Source: Candidatus Culexmicrobium cathedralense (GTDB lineage Archaea; Thermoproteota; Methanomethylicia; Culexarchaeales; Culexmicrobiaceae). From it: a DNA stretch of 64,000 bases. Positions within the stretch are counted from its first letter, which is position 1, and the number at the start of each line of letters is the position of its first letter. Position numbers and translations under genes: made by a program. Under the pieces are notes generated by a model that was not told the origin of the DNA, did not search any database, and saw only the letters and a program-made list of their open reading frames with translations. The stretch lies in assembly GCA_025061115.1 (NCBI GenBank), contig JANZKC010000001.1, positions 224,001 to 288,000 on the forward strand, read 5' to 3'. Shown piece by piece: positions 39,211 to 49,227 of this stretch.

Positions 39211-39902
39211 TTTAAATACTTACCAGTACGGGAAGCACACCTACACACCTTTTTCAAGGGACAAGATGCACAAAGTGGATTTCTAGCTTTACAATACCTT
39301 CTTCCAAGAGCAATTAATAGCAGGTGAGCGTCCAAGTAGCTTGAAGGAGGGAAGAACTTCATAAGGGAAATTCTAGTTTGCTCATAATTAGCATTTTGAG
39401 CAACTATTCCAAGTCTCTTAGAAACTCTATTTACGTGAGTATCAACTGGAAAGGTGGGGGCATCAGCTGCAAATAATAAAATTACATCTGCAGTCTTCCT
39501 ACCAACTCCAGGCAAGCTAATTAAAAGCTCTCTAGCCTTCTCTAAAGGATAATCGAATATTTTTCTTAAATCACCGTCAAATCTCTCTAAAATAGCCCTT
39601 GAAACCTCCCTGATAATTATAGCTCTCTTCTTATACATTCCAGCAATCTTAATGGCATTTTCAATCTCCCCAACAGGAGCAAACGATAAAGACTTGGGAT
39701 TAATTTCAAACTTCTTAGACAAGTTGTTGAAGGCTCTAATTGCATTTTTATCGGAAGTGTTCTGAGTTAAAATCGTCATGATCAACAGTTGAAATGGATC
39801 TTTAAACTTCAAGGCGATCTTCAATGCAGCAAAATCATCAACACTAACAAACAATTTCTCCTTCAAAACGTCAAGAACGAATTTTGAGTCAACACTTATC
39901 AT
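39207..39902 (-). CDS. nth: Endonuclease III
   Basis: ILTQNTSD, HhH LPGVGRKTAD, PVDTH, FeS motif C-x6-C-x2-C-x5-C. Confidence 0.93.
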   Translation of the reverse strand: MISVDSKFVLDVLKEKLFVSVDDFAALKIALKFKDPFQLLIMTILTQNTSDKNAIRAFNNLSKKFEINPKSLSFAPVGEIENAIKIAGMYKKRAIIIREVSRAILERFDGDLRKIFDYPLEKARELLISLPGVGRKTADVILLFAADAPTFPVDTHVNRVSKRLGIVAQNANYEQTRISLMKFFPPSSYLDAHLLLIALGRRYCKARNPLCASCPLKKVCRCASRTGKYLN

Positions 39903-40040
39903 TACCGTTCAAACCCCCAACTAAAATTGAACAAAATACTTAATAAAGCAATAAACTAAAGGTTGAAAAGCATCATGAAAATACATCAGCATAAATTAAA
40001 CCAGTAATTTTATATCTTCTCGTGAATAGGTGAAAGTGAA

Positions 40041-40367
40041 ATGAAGCCAAGATGCGAAGAAATATCTCGAGTAATTGTACCCTCAATAAGAGCTCTAATT
40101 GCAAAAATTCTCATTGAAAAATTCAATTTCACCCAAATCCAAGCGGCAAAAGCGCTAGGAGTTTCACAAGCAGCAATAAGCTACTACTTAAGGTCTAAGC
40201 GTGGGAAAAAAGCAATTGAAGCCATAAGTAAATGCAATGCAATAAGGAAGATCGAAGAAATCGCCCAAGAAATTGCCAATGGAAATTTAAGAGAAGAAGC
40301 TGAAGAAATTTTTTGCAAAGTTTGCCGGGAAGTAGTTAAAGAAATAGATGTTAACCAATTAATTTAA
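40041..40367 (+). CDS. HTH transcriptional regulator (COG2522-like)
   Basis: PRCE, TQIQAAKALGVSQAAISYY, C-terminal CKVC. Confidence 0.85.
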   Translation: MKPRCEEISRVIVPSIRALIAKILIEKFNFTQIQAAKALGVSQAAISYYLRSKRGKKAIEAISKCNAIRKIEEIAQEIANGNLREEAEEIFCKVCREVVKEIDVNQLI

Positions 40368-40500
40368 AATGCTCAATCTTACACCAGGTGTACTTTAAAA
40401 TCCAAAATATAAAAAAGTTTGAATTTAAGAATTTACTATCAACAAAAAATATTTTATAGGTAAATATTGTAATTTTATTATAGAAAAGCGGTGGAATAAT

Positions 40501-41298
40501 ATGTCAATTTACTTAGACTTACCATTATTAATAGACACAAAAGGAAGAGAAGTATATCTATTTCTAGTCGAATTGAAAGATGTTCCAGGAGCACTTGAAA
40601 AACTCACAAATATAATCTCCGGCAACAACGTAGACATTAGATCCGCCATTTTAATTCCATCAATTGAAAAGCAAGAAGTAGGACACATCCTAATCTACCT
40701 AGATTTTACTCACACACGAGTTGACCCTTCAACCTTATCCGAGGAATTAAGGGAATTAGATGTAGTTAATTGGGTTAAATACATTAAACCTCAATACAAT
40801 AATTTAATAGTAAATACTTTTAGCTTCCCAATTGCAATAATGGGAGAAAAAGCATTACTATTTAGAGCTGAATGGCTAAGAGAGCTTTTTAAGAGACTAT
40901 TAAAGCGATTTGGAAGCGGAGGAAAAGCATTCCTATTCTACATGGGATTTGAAGGTGGAAGAAGCTCAGCAATCCACCTCAAAAACAAAACAAACTTGAC
41001 TGGAAGAAGCCTTGTAGAAGCAATTCTCAAGATAATGCAAGCAATGGGCCATGGAATATTTGAGCTAGAAAAATGTAGCTTAGAACCCCTAGAAATCGTA
41101 ATTAAAGCTAAAGAACTCTATGAATGCGCATCAAACGAAACTATAGAAGAGGGAGGGAGCCAATTCATCAGAGGATTCTTAAGCGGAGTACTAAGCGAAG
41201 CATTCAAAATGGACTTACTAGCAATCGAAGTAAAATGCCAATCCAAAGGAGACGAGTGCTGCGAATTCCACGTACAAAAAACAAATTACGGTAAATGA
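40501..41298 (+). CDS. ACT + V4R domain sensor protein
   Basis: DVPGALEKLTNII (ACT); RGFLSG...EVKCQSKGDECCEF (V4R). Confidence 0.85.
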   Translation: MSIYLDLPLLIDTKGREVYLFLVELKDVPGALEKLTNIISGNNVDIRSAILIPSIEKQEVGHILIYLDFTHTRVDPSTLSEELRELDVVNWVKYIKPQYNNLIVNTFSFPIAIMGEKALLFRAEWLRELFKRLLKRFGSGGKAFLFYMGFEGGRSSAIHLKNKTNLTGRSLVEAILKIMQAMGHGIFELEKCSLEPLEIVIKAKELYECASNETIEEGGSQFIRGFLSGVLSEAFKMDLLAIEVKCQSKGDECCEFHVQKTNYGK

Positions 41299-41400
41299 AT
41301 AGTAAAGTTGAAGAAGCATCCGCAATTTTCATGTGCATGCAAGATAAAAGCAAAGTAGAGAAAATACCGCAAGAAAATAGGCACCGAGCGAGATGCAAAA

Positions 41401-41595
41401 ATGAAGCTAGGTAAAAAGACTCCAAACGGCTTTTACATCATAATTGCCAGGAGAGAAGCAGAAAAATACCTTAAAGAAAATAATAACGTTAAATTGGAAT
41501 CTATAGGTGACATCATAATTATAAAAACCAAATCTCGAAATACTGCTAAAAAGATTCTTGAAAAACTTCGGAATAGAAACCTCCTACTACCTTAG
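41401..41595 (+). CDS. Small basic hypothetical protein
   Basis: 64-aa ATG ORF with normal codon use. Confidence 0.55.
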   Translation: MKLGKKTPNGFYIIIARREAEKYLKENNNVKLESIGDIIIIKTKSRNTAKKILEKLRNRNLLLP

Positions 41596-41663
41596 AATCT
41601 AAATCCCGAGAACCAAAAGTTGCTGAACAATAAAAGCCAATGCAGCTTAACATTAGATACTAG

Positions 41664-42632
41664 TCACAAAGAGAAGCGCGGCCACAACTTAAGCTTGCGG
41701 CCAGCCAAGTAGGTTAACGTTTGAATCCAACCACCTAAACCGCCAAAAATTCTCCTCAAATTTTCTCTCAAACATAAATGTTTAAGGCTTAGAGGACAGA
41801 TAGGAGCTTGCAGTACATTGCTCTCATTAATGTTGCAAGCATATTTTAAGCACAATTGCTTAACGGGAACTCTAAATTCCCTAGCCCAGCCAAAATACTT
41901 AGCAGCCCTAGCTAAGTGAACATCAACTGGAATCACGCTTGCCTCACATCTAGTAAATAGGATTGTAGCATCAGCTACTTTCGGCCCAACCCCCCAGCAC
42001 ACCATTAGTTTCCTTCTGAGAATAGGTGGTGGCAAATTAAGTGGCAAATAGTCGTAAAGCTTCAAGTAGCTTTCCAAAGTTCTTTTCAAATTACAAATTT
42101 GATAGCTTGAACCAACAAGCAATAACTTACTTTGATTAGAGCTTGCCAAAGCCTTGAAATCGCACTTAAACAACTTCCAAATTCTATAAACCCAATTTTT
42201 AACGAAAACTTCGTAGTTCGCTCTCTTAGAAAGAACCGCTCCAATAAATATGCAGTTAAAATCCCTTGGAGAAACAGCCAATCTAACGCCTGGAAACCGA
42301 GTTGCAAGAAACTCCACTGAACTTCTAACTGAGCGCGGAAGACTGCTAATCATATCTTCAAAGGGCTTGCTCCACAATCCAGACTCCAACATAACTTCTT
42401 CAATAAGTAAGTTGCGATCCAATTCAACCATGCACTTTGCTATAAGCTTTCCACCAACCTGCCTAAATTTAAGGTTGCCAGCTAGAAAACCAGCGACCTT
42501 AATCCACCAATCACCCTCCCGCCTATACAAGCTTGATAGGAATGATGGCTTCATAGTCAACTCCAAATTATATGGCAATTCAGCTTCAACTTCAATTATC
42601 ATCAAATATACTAGCAACCTTAATTTACTCAA
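41664..42632 (-). CDS. HhH-GPD DNA glycosylase-family protein with an atypical Cys cluster
   Basis: HhH WGVGPKVAD and PVDVH, followed by CLKYAC...ICPL....LC. Confidence 0.8.
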   Translation of the reverse strand: MSKLRLLVYLMIIEVEAELPYNLELTMKPSFLSSLYRREGDWWIKVAGFLAGNLKFRQVGGKLIAKCMVELDRNLLIEEVMLESGLWSKPFEDMISSLPRSVRSSVEFLATRFPGVRLAVSPRDFNCIFIGAVLSKRANYEVFVKNWVYRIWKLFKCDFKALASSNQSKLLLVGSSYQICNLKRTLESYLKLYDYLPLNLPPPILRRKLMVCWGVGPKVADATILFTRCEASVIPVDVHLARAAKYFGWAREFRVPVKQLCLKYACNINESNVLQAPICPLSLKHLCLRENLRRIFGGLGGWIQTLTYLAGRKLKLWPRFSL

Positions 42633-42661
42633 ACTTTACTAGCCTAATATGGCGCACGTTG

Positions 42662-43429
42662 ATGACGGATCCATTCGACCCAATAAAGCTATCTGAAGCT
42701 ACAGAAAGAATAGTCGTTAGAGGAAGCAAGAGAAAGTACTACCGAGTAGCTAGAGGTGGAAGATGGTATGGAGGAATTGCAACTGCAGACTGCTGCGGAT
42801 GCAATTTAAGATGCATATTCTGCTGGAGCGGATATCCAAGAGATAGACCTGACAAAGTTGGAAAATTCCAATCCCCAGAGCAAATATATGAATCATTGGA
42901 CAGCTGCGCCAAGCGCAGAGGATACAGATTAATTAGAGTTAGCGGAAATGAACCGACAATTGGAAAAGAACACCTACTTAAACTTCTCGAACTAGTCGAT
43001 ACGGAGGGTAAATACCTCTTCATACTTGAGACGAATGGAATACTTTTAGGGTACGATAAGCTTTATGCGAAGCAGCTATCAAAATACAAGAACATTCACG
43101 TGAGAGTTTCACTTAAAGGTACAATGCCGCAGGAATTTTCAAAATTAACTGGAGCTAAGCCGGAGGCATACAACTACCAATTAATGGCTCTGCAAAACTT
43201 GCTAGATTATGGAGTTAAGTGCCACCCTGCAGTTATGCTGTCATTCTCAACCAAGAAGAATCTAAAAAACCTAATCATGAGGCTGATGGAAATTGACCCA
43301 ATTCTAGTGGATGAACTTGAAGAGGAGTACGTCTTCCTATACCCACACGTTGTAGAGAGACTTAAAAAGGCTGGAATAAATCCGAACATAGCGTACAGCC
43401 CAAGAGGCATCCCAAAAGAACTCATTTAA
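42662..43429 (+). CDS. Radical SAM protein (archaeal COG5014-like; start probably ATG 42662)
   Basis: WYGGIATADCCGCNLRCIFCW, SGNEPT, LETNG. Confidence 0.88.
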   Translation: MTDPFDPIKLSEATERIVVRGSKRKYYRVARGGRWYGGIATADCCGCNLRCIFCWSGYPRDRPDKVGKFQSPEQIYESLDSCAKRRGYRLIRVSGNEPTIGKEHLLKLLELVDTEGKYLFILETNGILLGYDKLYAKQLSKYKNIHVRVSLKGTMPQEFSKLTGAKPEAYNYQLMALQNLLDYGVKCHPAVMLSFSTKKNLKNLIMRLMEIDPILVDELEEEYVFLYPHVVERLKKAGINPNIAYSPRGIPKELI

Positions 43430-43432
43430 AGG

Positions 43433-44050
43433 TTAAGAGTGATGGCTGCCCGTAGATTCAGGATGCTTAATTATTTTTGAGCCAATGAGCGAATTGCATG
43501 GAATTAACGCTACTTTACCATCATCCTGCCTCACAATTACGAATAGAGAAGTAACATCCTCCACAACTCCCACAACACCCGCAGCTTCAATTTTATCACC
43601 AATCTTGAATGGCCTAGCAATTAAAAGCAGAATTCCAGCCATCACCTGACCCAAAACTTTCTGCGAAGCAAAGCCAACAACCATTCCAATAAAACCTCCA
43701 AGAGCAACACCAGCAGTCGGCGATGAAAGAGAGCCGGCAATCACAGCAACCATAGCACCAATACCTACAATTCTAAAAAGGCTTCTAACTGCAGCAGCAG
43801 TAGAATGCTCATACTTCAACCTCATTGCCCAATAAGTTGCATTTGAAAAAGCGTGAACTATAAGGTAGCCGAAGCCAAGTGCCAATAAAATGTCGACATA
43901 AATTTTATACTCAATTATATCGGCGAAGTACTGGGCGACCAAAGATTCACTAAACAAGTATTGAATAAAGGCAGCTGAAAGCACGTATCCAACCGCTAGC
44001 AACACCAGCTTAGCAACAGCTCTTCTAAAATCCGCCGCCAATTCAGACAC
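43433..44050 (-). CDS. mscS: Small-conductance mechanosensitive channel
   Basis: VGFASQ..LG...AGI....RPFKIGD.I, DGK...IP. Confidence 0.9.
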   Translation of the reverse strand: MSELAADFRRAVAKLVLLAVGYVLSAAFIQYLFSESLVAQYFADIIEYKIYVDILLALGFGYLIVHAFSNATYWAMRLKYEHSTAAAVRSLFRIVGIGAMVAVIAGSLSSPTAGVALGGFIGMVVGFASQKVLGQVMAGILLLIARPFKIGDKIEAAGVVGVVEDVTSLFVIVRQDDGKVALIPCNSLIGSKIIKHPESTGSHHS

Positions 44051-44161
44051 CGACTAACCATCGAAAAAGGCCAATATAAAGCTATTTCAACAGCTCTAAA
44101 CTGAACTTAATAAAATGCTTAAGTAAGTTAAAGTGGGAATCTAATTTAAGGCGGTGATAAT

Positions 44162-45529
44162 ATGGATAAGATGATATGGCGAGTTTTAAACGAAATCCCA
44201 AATTACAAGGAGTTCATGACAGTAGATGAACTAAACGAAAGCACAGAAAAATTAGTTGCTAGACATCCAAATGAGGCATCAATATTCGAGATAGGAACAG
44301 CTAGGAATGGAGAGCCGATTAAATGCTTGAAAATTGGCGGTGGAAAAATAAACGCTCTGCTATTCGCATTTCCACACCCAAACGAGCCCATAGGAAGCTT
44401 AACGCTCGAATACCTATCATGGAAGCTAGTATCAGACCAAGAATTTAGAGAAAAGATGAACACAACATGGTACATAATAAAGTGCATCGACCCATATGGA
44501 GCCAGATTAAATGAAGGATGGTTCAAAGGCGAATGGACGCCAAAGAAATACGCCTTAAACTACTATAGGCCGCCAGGATTCAAACAAGTTGAATGGACAT
44601 TCCCCATAGAATATAAAACGTTGAAATTCAACAATCCAGTTCCAGAAACCAAAGCACTAATGAAATTAATAGATGAAGTCAAACCTGATTTCATGGCCTC
44701 ACTACACAATGCAGGATTCTGCGGAGCATACTTCTACCTCTCAAATCCACTTCCAGAAATTTACAGCAAACTCCACCAAGTAGCAGCAAAATTCAACATA
44801 CCAATCCACCTAGGCGAGCCGGAAGTCCCATACGTCGTAAAGCTCGCCGATGCAATATTCAAAATGCCAACGACAGTTGAAGCATACGAATACTACGCAA
44901 AGCACTTAGAGAAAGATCCAGCCGAAATCATCAAAAGCGGAGCAAGCAGCGACGAATATGCAAAGAAAGTTAATGAAAAAGTATTAACAGTCGTCTGCGA
45001 AGTCCCATACATCTACGACGAAAGAGTAGCAAATACAACTCCAATTGGAGTAAAGCGCAGAGACATAATACTACTTGGAATCCGAAAAAGCAGAAATCTA
45101 CTGAAAAAACTTCGAAAAAGGCTTATAGAAGTTGAGCCCCACGTAAATAAGGAATCACCCTTCTACGAATCACTATCCGAATTCATAAGGCTAGGCATCC
45201 AATCCCTCAAAGCCGAAGAAAACTGGGTCAAAAAGGATCCATCAACCGACAGGCAAGCAACAGTCTCAGAAGCCTTCGACTCAATAGCATCAAGAGTATA
45301 CTTCTATGGAATGCTAAGAGTAGGATTATTCTACAGACTCGTCAAAGAAAAAGTGAAAGAAGCCAAGGAATTAAAGAAACACTACAAATGGGCATACAGA
45401 AAAATTGACTACATGGAATATGAATTCAAAAAACTCTCAGACTACAAGGTAATACCAATTAAGAACCTCATCGGAGTCCAACTTGGAACAATACTCTACA
45501 CACTCTCAACAAAAATCAAGCAGACCTAA
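44162..45529 (+). CDS. M14 zinc carboxypeptidase-family protein
   Basis: HPNEP (HxxE), DPYG..LNEGW, SLHN. Confidence 0.85.
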   Translation: MDKMIWRVLNEIPNYKEFMTVDELNESTEKLVARHPNEASIFEIGTARNGEPIKCLKIGGGKINALLFAFPHPNEPIGSLTLEYLSWKLVSDQEFREKMNTTWYIIKCIDPYGARLNEGWFKGEWTPKKYALNYYRPPGFKQVEWTFPIEYKTLKFNNPVPETKALMKLIDEVKPDFMASLHNAGFCGAYFYLSNPLPEIYSKLHQVAAKFNIPIHLGEPEVPYVVKLADAIFKMPTTVEAYEYYAKHLEKDPAEIIKSGASSDEYAKKVNEKVLTVVCEVPYIYDERVANTTPIGVKRRDIILLGIRKSRNLLKKLRKRLIEVEPHVNKESPFYESLSEFIRLGIQSLKAEENWVKKDPSTDRQATVSEAFDSIASRVYFYGMLRVGLFYRLVKEKVKEAKELKKHYKWAYRKIDYMEYEFKKLSDYKVIPIKNLIGVQLGTILYTLSTKIKQT

Positions 45530-45727
45530 AACCATGAGCCTTATTTCCCCACACCATGAAAACACCCTACTATCCTACAACACACATTCCAAACCACTTA
45601 TCAATTTGAAATCAATTAACATAGGAACCAACTCCACCCTTTATTTAAAACAAGAATCACAATTATAATTCAAATATATTAAATATACTAAGATTATTTT
45701 GAAATAATTTTGGATTAATAAGATAAT

Positions 45728-45820
45728 ATGATGACGTGCCGATTCGGTTCACTTCATAACTGAGACGTAAATGGATCTGATGATCTATTAATGATTTGGC
45801 GCATTTGCCTTAATCGCTGA
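45728..45820 (+). ncRNA. Possible second box C/D-like sRNA
   Basis: ATGATGA 45728, CTGA 45760, (C)TGATGA 45777-83, CTGA 45817 in an intergenic region. Spacing is longer than canonical. Confidence 0.35.
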
Positions 45821-45825
45821 AATGA

Positions 45826-47577
45826 TTATCCTACTCCTCCACCGCCACCTCCAGCTCCGCCTGCTGCGCCACCCGCCCCTGCTACACCGCCAACAACTCC
45901 TCCACCCATAGCTCTTACAGATGGTGGCAGCCCCTTGAATGCAGTTTCAATTGCATTTGAGAAGCTCTCAATGAATGCATTAAAATTCAGGGTAGGTTTA
46001 CCAACCTCAGCATTAACGGATCTTGAGGTGTATATGAACCAGTATGGCCAAAAGATGGATGGGATGTAGGGGCTCCACGATGAAGCCCAAATGGTAAATC
46101 TAATTGGATTTATAGCAATCATAATTGGTAGTGAAGACTCAAAAACGCTCTTAACATCTCCTGCAGCTTCAACCTCCTTAGGATTTAACCTTGAAATTCT
46201 ATTAATGTAGGCGTTCCACAACTTCAATTCTTTAGCACCCTTAACAGTATAATTAGTGAAGAGGAAGCCAACTATAGTTATGGGTACGCCGGACAACGCT
46301 AGGCCAATAAGAAGCCATTTAAAGCACCTGATAAAGTAACCGATGAATCTAAATGATGGAGCCAACGCAGCACCAATAAGCAATATTAAAATGCTTAAAA
46401 GCGATACTGCTATGCCTGCCAGCATAATTTTAAATCTAAACTTGCTAGGCTTAGAGCGGAAGTATCCAGCTTTAACGAGCTCATCCTCAATCATGTCTCC
46501 AATCCGCTTAATTCTACTCCAATGCTCACCCAGCTTTTTAGAGTTGCCAGCTTCATGAGCTAGCTTTAATATTTCAATTTCAAAGGGCTTTAATTTACTT
46601 CGACGCTCAATAGCACTTAAACCTTCATCTGTCAACTTAAACTTCAGGACATCTCCATCATACTCAATAACTAAAAAGCCCCTCCTAGCTAGGTCTATTA
46701 AAGTGGATAGCACTTGACTGTAATTGAATGAGCGCTTAATTAGAAATGCAGCCTCTGCAGGTTTCAAGTTAGAAGGCGCAATTCCAAGTGAAATTAAGCC
46801 TTCATTAACATTAACCTTTGGAGGTCTGCCCCTAAAAAGCCATAATCCAAGCATAACGATCATGGAGCAAAGCAAAATGACGAGAGAAGATGCAGGATGC
46901 TCCTTAAAGAAGTAGTAGTACTTGACAGGCGGATCATAAATCTTGGGAAAAATCACAATAACCCTATAGCCAGTGTGCGGTGGAAGTAAATGATGGGTAA
47001 AGGTTATTCTCGTAATATCGTCAACGTACTTTATTGACGTTGGCTCCGGGCTAACACTTAAAAGTGGACTTTCAATGAAGTTTCCGGGCAAATCGATGGT
47101 GACATTTACATTGCCGATAGGAACTTCCCAATCAAGACCAACTGCAAGCCAATCAATCATATTCTGACTTTGACTCGGAGCTGTAATTGCTCCATAAACC
47201 CTATATTTAATAATGAAGGTAATGTTAGCCGGAGCACGTATGGATTTATAGCGCCAATTTATATCCAAACTATCAACTTTATATGTAACTTCATAAGTTA
47301 ATGGCAAGCCTTCTGCGCACTCAACACCGAGAACTTCAATGTCGTCAATGCCTGTAAATGGAATCGACCTCCAACCCCTACTAAAGATGCCATGAATCAA
47401 GTTAAACTGAATTTCCTCGGTCACGTCAAAAAAGCCGTCAGAGTAAACGTTAATGTGAACATTAATGTAATTTACTTCATAAACTTTTAAGGAGCAGAAA
47501 ACCATGCTGCTTTGAACTATCAGCAGAAATAGAGCTGACATCAACAAGGCAGCTAGACAAATGCGCATTCTATTCAT
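45826..47577 (-). CDS. DUF2207 membrane protein
   Basis: N-terminal beta-sandwich (DG..DVTEEI..F, W.AVG.DW.VPI), PAEA, LIDLARRGFL, Gly-rich C-terminus. Confidence 0.88.
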   Translation of the reverse strand: MNRMRICLAALLMSALFLLIVQSSMVFCSLKVYEVNYINVHINVYSDGFFDVTEEIQFNLIHGIFSRGWRSIPFTGIDDIEVLGVECAEGLPLTYEVTYKVDSLDINWRYKSIRAPANITFIIKYRVYGAITAPSQSQNMIDWLAVGLDWEVPIGNVNVTIDLPGNFIESPLLSVSPEPTSIKYVDDITRITFTHHLLPPHTGYRVIVIFPKIYDPPVKYYYFFKEHPASSLVILLCSMIVMLGLWLFRGRPPKVNVNEGLISLGIAPSNLKPAEAAFLIKRSFNYSQVLSTLIDLARRGFLVIEYDGDVLKFKLTDEGLSAIERRSKLKPFEIEILKLAHEAGNSKKLGEHWSRIKRIGDMIEDELVKAGYFRSKPSKFRFKIMLAGIAVSLLSILILLIGAALAPSFRFIGYFIRCFKWLLIGLALSGVPITIVGFLFTNYTVKGAKELKLWNAYINRISRLNPKEVEAAGDVKSVFESSLPIMIAINPIRFTIWASSWSPYIPSIFWPYWFIYTSRSVNAEVGKPTLNFNAFIESFSNAIETAFKGLPPSVRAMGGGVVGGVAGAGGAAGGAGGGGGGVG

Positions 47578-47629
47578 TTCAATAATGAAATTGGAAATCG
47601 ATTAATAAACATTTTCGTCATTAACATAA

Positions 47630-48832
47630 ATGGTGCTTAATTTGAGCACGCCAGACATGGAAATCAGAGGCAAAGTATACTTAACTAAAGAAGGCTCAAA
47701 GCTAGTTGCAAATGGAGAGCTCAACATTTACAGCCAGTGGATCAGAAAAGTTGAAGGAAAACCTCCAAGGGGAAGCTTAGTCGAAATATTTGATTTGGAA
47801 GAAAAACGTCTAGGCAAAGGATTCTACGAAAATATTGGAGCAATAGGGGTTCGCCTACTCAGCTATGAAGATGAACCGATAACGCTTCAAACAATAATTG
47901 ACAGAATATGTAAAGCAGAAAAATTTAGGAAAGAAAGGTTAAGACTAAGAAGCTTCTACAGAATAATAAATGCTGATGGAGACTTAATGCCAGGAATGAT
48001 TGTTGACAAATATGAAGACATAATTGTAATTCAAAGCAGCAGTATTGGCTTCGACAAAATACTAGAACCGCTTGCAAAGGCGATCTTAAGGGAATTAAAT
48101 GCGCAGACAGTATACGCCAAAAACGATCAGAGATCTCGAAGAGAAGTGGGATTGAATGTTTGGAGAGGCACGATAGCTGGAGAGAGGAAAACTAGAACAT
48201 TAGTGGAGGAAGGAGCAGCAAAATTCTATGTGGATGTGGAAAAAGGACAGAAAACAGGATTCTTCATAGATCAAAGATACAATAGAATTGAACTTGAGAA
48301 ATACGTGAGCGAAGGAGACAAAGTGCTAGACCTATACAGTTATACCGGAGGATTTGGAATTCACGCCGCTGTAAAGAAGGCAAATGTAGTTATGGTGGAA
48401 GAGTCAAATTATGCCATATGCGAAGCGAAGAGGAATGCTAAGCTAAATGAAGTTCTGGACAGGTGCAAGATAATATGTGGAAGAGTAGAAACCTACCTTG
48501 AAGAATCCAACGAGAAGTTCGATATCGTAATCGCAGATCCACCAGCATTAATACAAAGCAGAGAAAGGAAGAAAGAAGGCTTAATAGCATACTTGAATCT
48601 ATACGAAGCTGCAATCAATAAAGTTAAGAGCGGCGGATTGCTCGTAGCCTCAAGCTGCAGCTACTTCATCAATGAAGAGGAATTCATGAAAATTATTTGG
48701 AAAGCAGCCAGAAGGGCTGAAAGAAACCTAAAGTTGGCAGGAAAAGTTAGAGGGACATCGCCATGCCACGCAGCTAGGCCAAGAGACAAGCACTTAATGT
48801 ACCTAAAAGTAGCATTTGCAATAGTAAATTAA
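47630..48832 (+). CDS. RlmI/YccW-type rRNA m5C methyltransferase (PUA + Rossmann)
   Basis: DGDLMPGMIVD, GQKTGFFIDQR, LDLYSYTGGF, DPP, SSCS. Confidence 0.9.
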   Translation: MVLNLSTPDMEIRGKVYLTKEGSKLVANGELNIYSQWIRKVEGKPPRGSLVEIFDLEEKRLGKGFYENIGAIGVRLLSYEDEPITLQTIIDRICKAEKFRKERLRLRSFYRIINADGDLMPGMIVDKYEDIIVIQSSSIGFDKILEPLAKAILRELNAQTVYAKNDQRSRREVGLNVWRGTIAGERKTRTLVEEGAAKFYVDVEKGQKTGFFIDQRYNRIELEKYVSEGDKVLDLYSYTGGFGIHAAVKKANVVMVEESNYAICEAKRNAKLNEVLDRCKIICGRVETYLEESNEKFDIVIADPPALIQSRERKKEGLIAYLNLYEAAINKVKSGGLLVASSCSYFINEEEFMKIIWKAARRAERNLKLAGKVRGTSPCHAARPRDKHLMYLKVAFAIVN

Positions 48833-48884
48833 ATTGCAAAATTATAAAATTCAAAGCTCAGAATAGATTAGAGACGGTGATAAC

Positions 48885-49226
48885 TTGTCTGAAACCCAAC
48901 AACTATTCGATGTAAAAGAGTTCTGGAAATTCAAGATGAGAGTTGGATTAATCAAAAAAGCTGAACGAATACCAAGAACTAGAAAGCTTATCAAACTTGA
49001 AGTAGACTTCGGAGACGAAAATAGAACGGTAGTTGCAGGAATAGGCGATCAATACGCTCCAGAAGACCTGGCTGGAAAGAAGATGATATTTGTAACAAAC
49101 CTCAAGCCAAAGAAGATTGCTGGCATCGAAAGTCAAGCAATGCTAATAGTAGCTGAAGATGAGCATGAAAGAGTCTACTTGATCACCGTAGGCGAAGACG
49201 TGCCGATTGGAGTTAAAGTTTGGTAA
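48885..49226 (+). CDS. Stand-alone tRNA-binding OB protein (Trbp111/CsaA/MetG C-terminal-like)
   Basis: RVG.I, KL..L.VDFG, VVAGI, NLKPKKIAGIESQAM. Confidence 0.9.
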   Translation: MSETQQLFDVKEFWKFKMRVGLIKKAERIPRTRKLIKLEVDFGDENRTVVAGIGDQYAPEDLAGKKMIFVTNLKPKKIAGIESQAMLIVAEDEHERVYLITVGEDVPIGVKVW

Positions 49227-49227
49227 A

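Noticed and set aside
42250-42661. Plus-strand 130-aa ORF and N-terminal extension of the rSAM gene
   Set aside because: Both overlap the minus-strand glycosylase; the rSAM gene plausibly starts at 42662.
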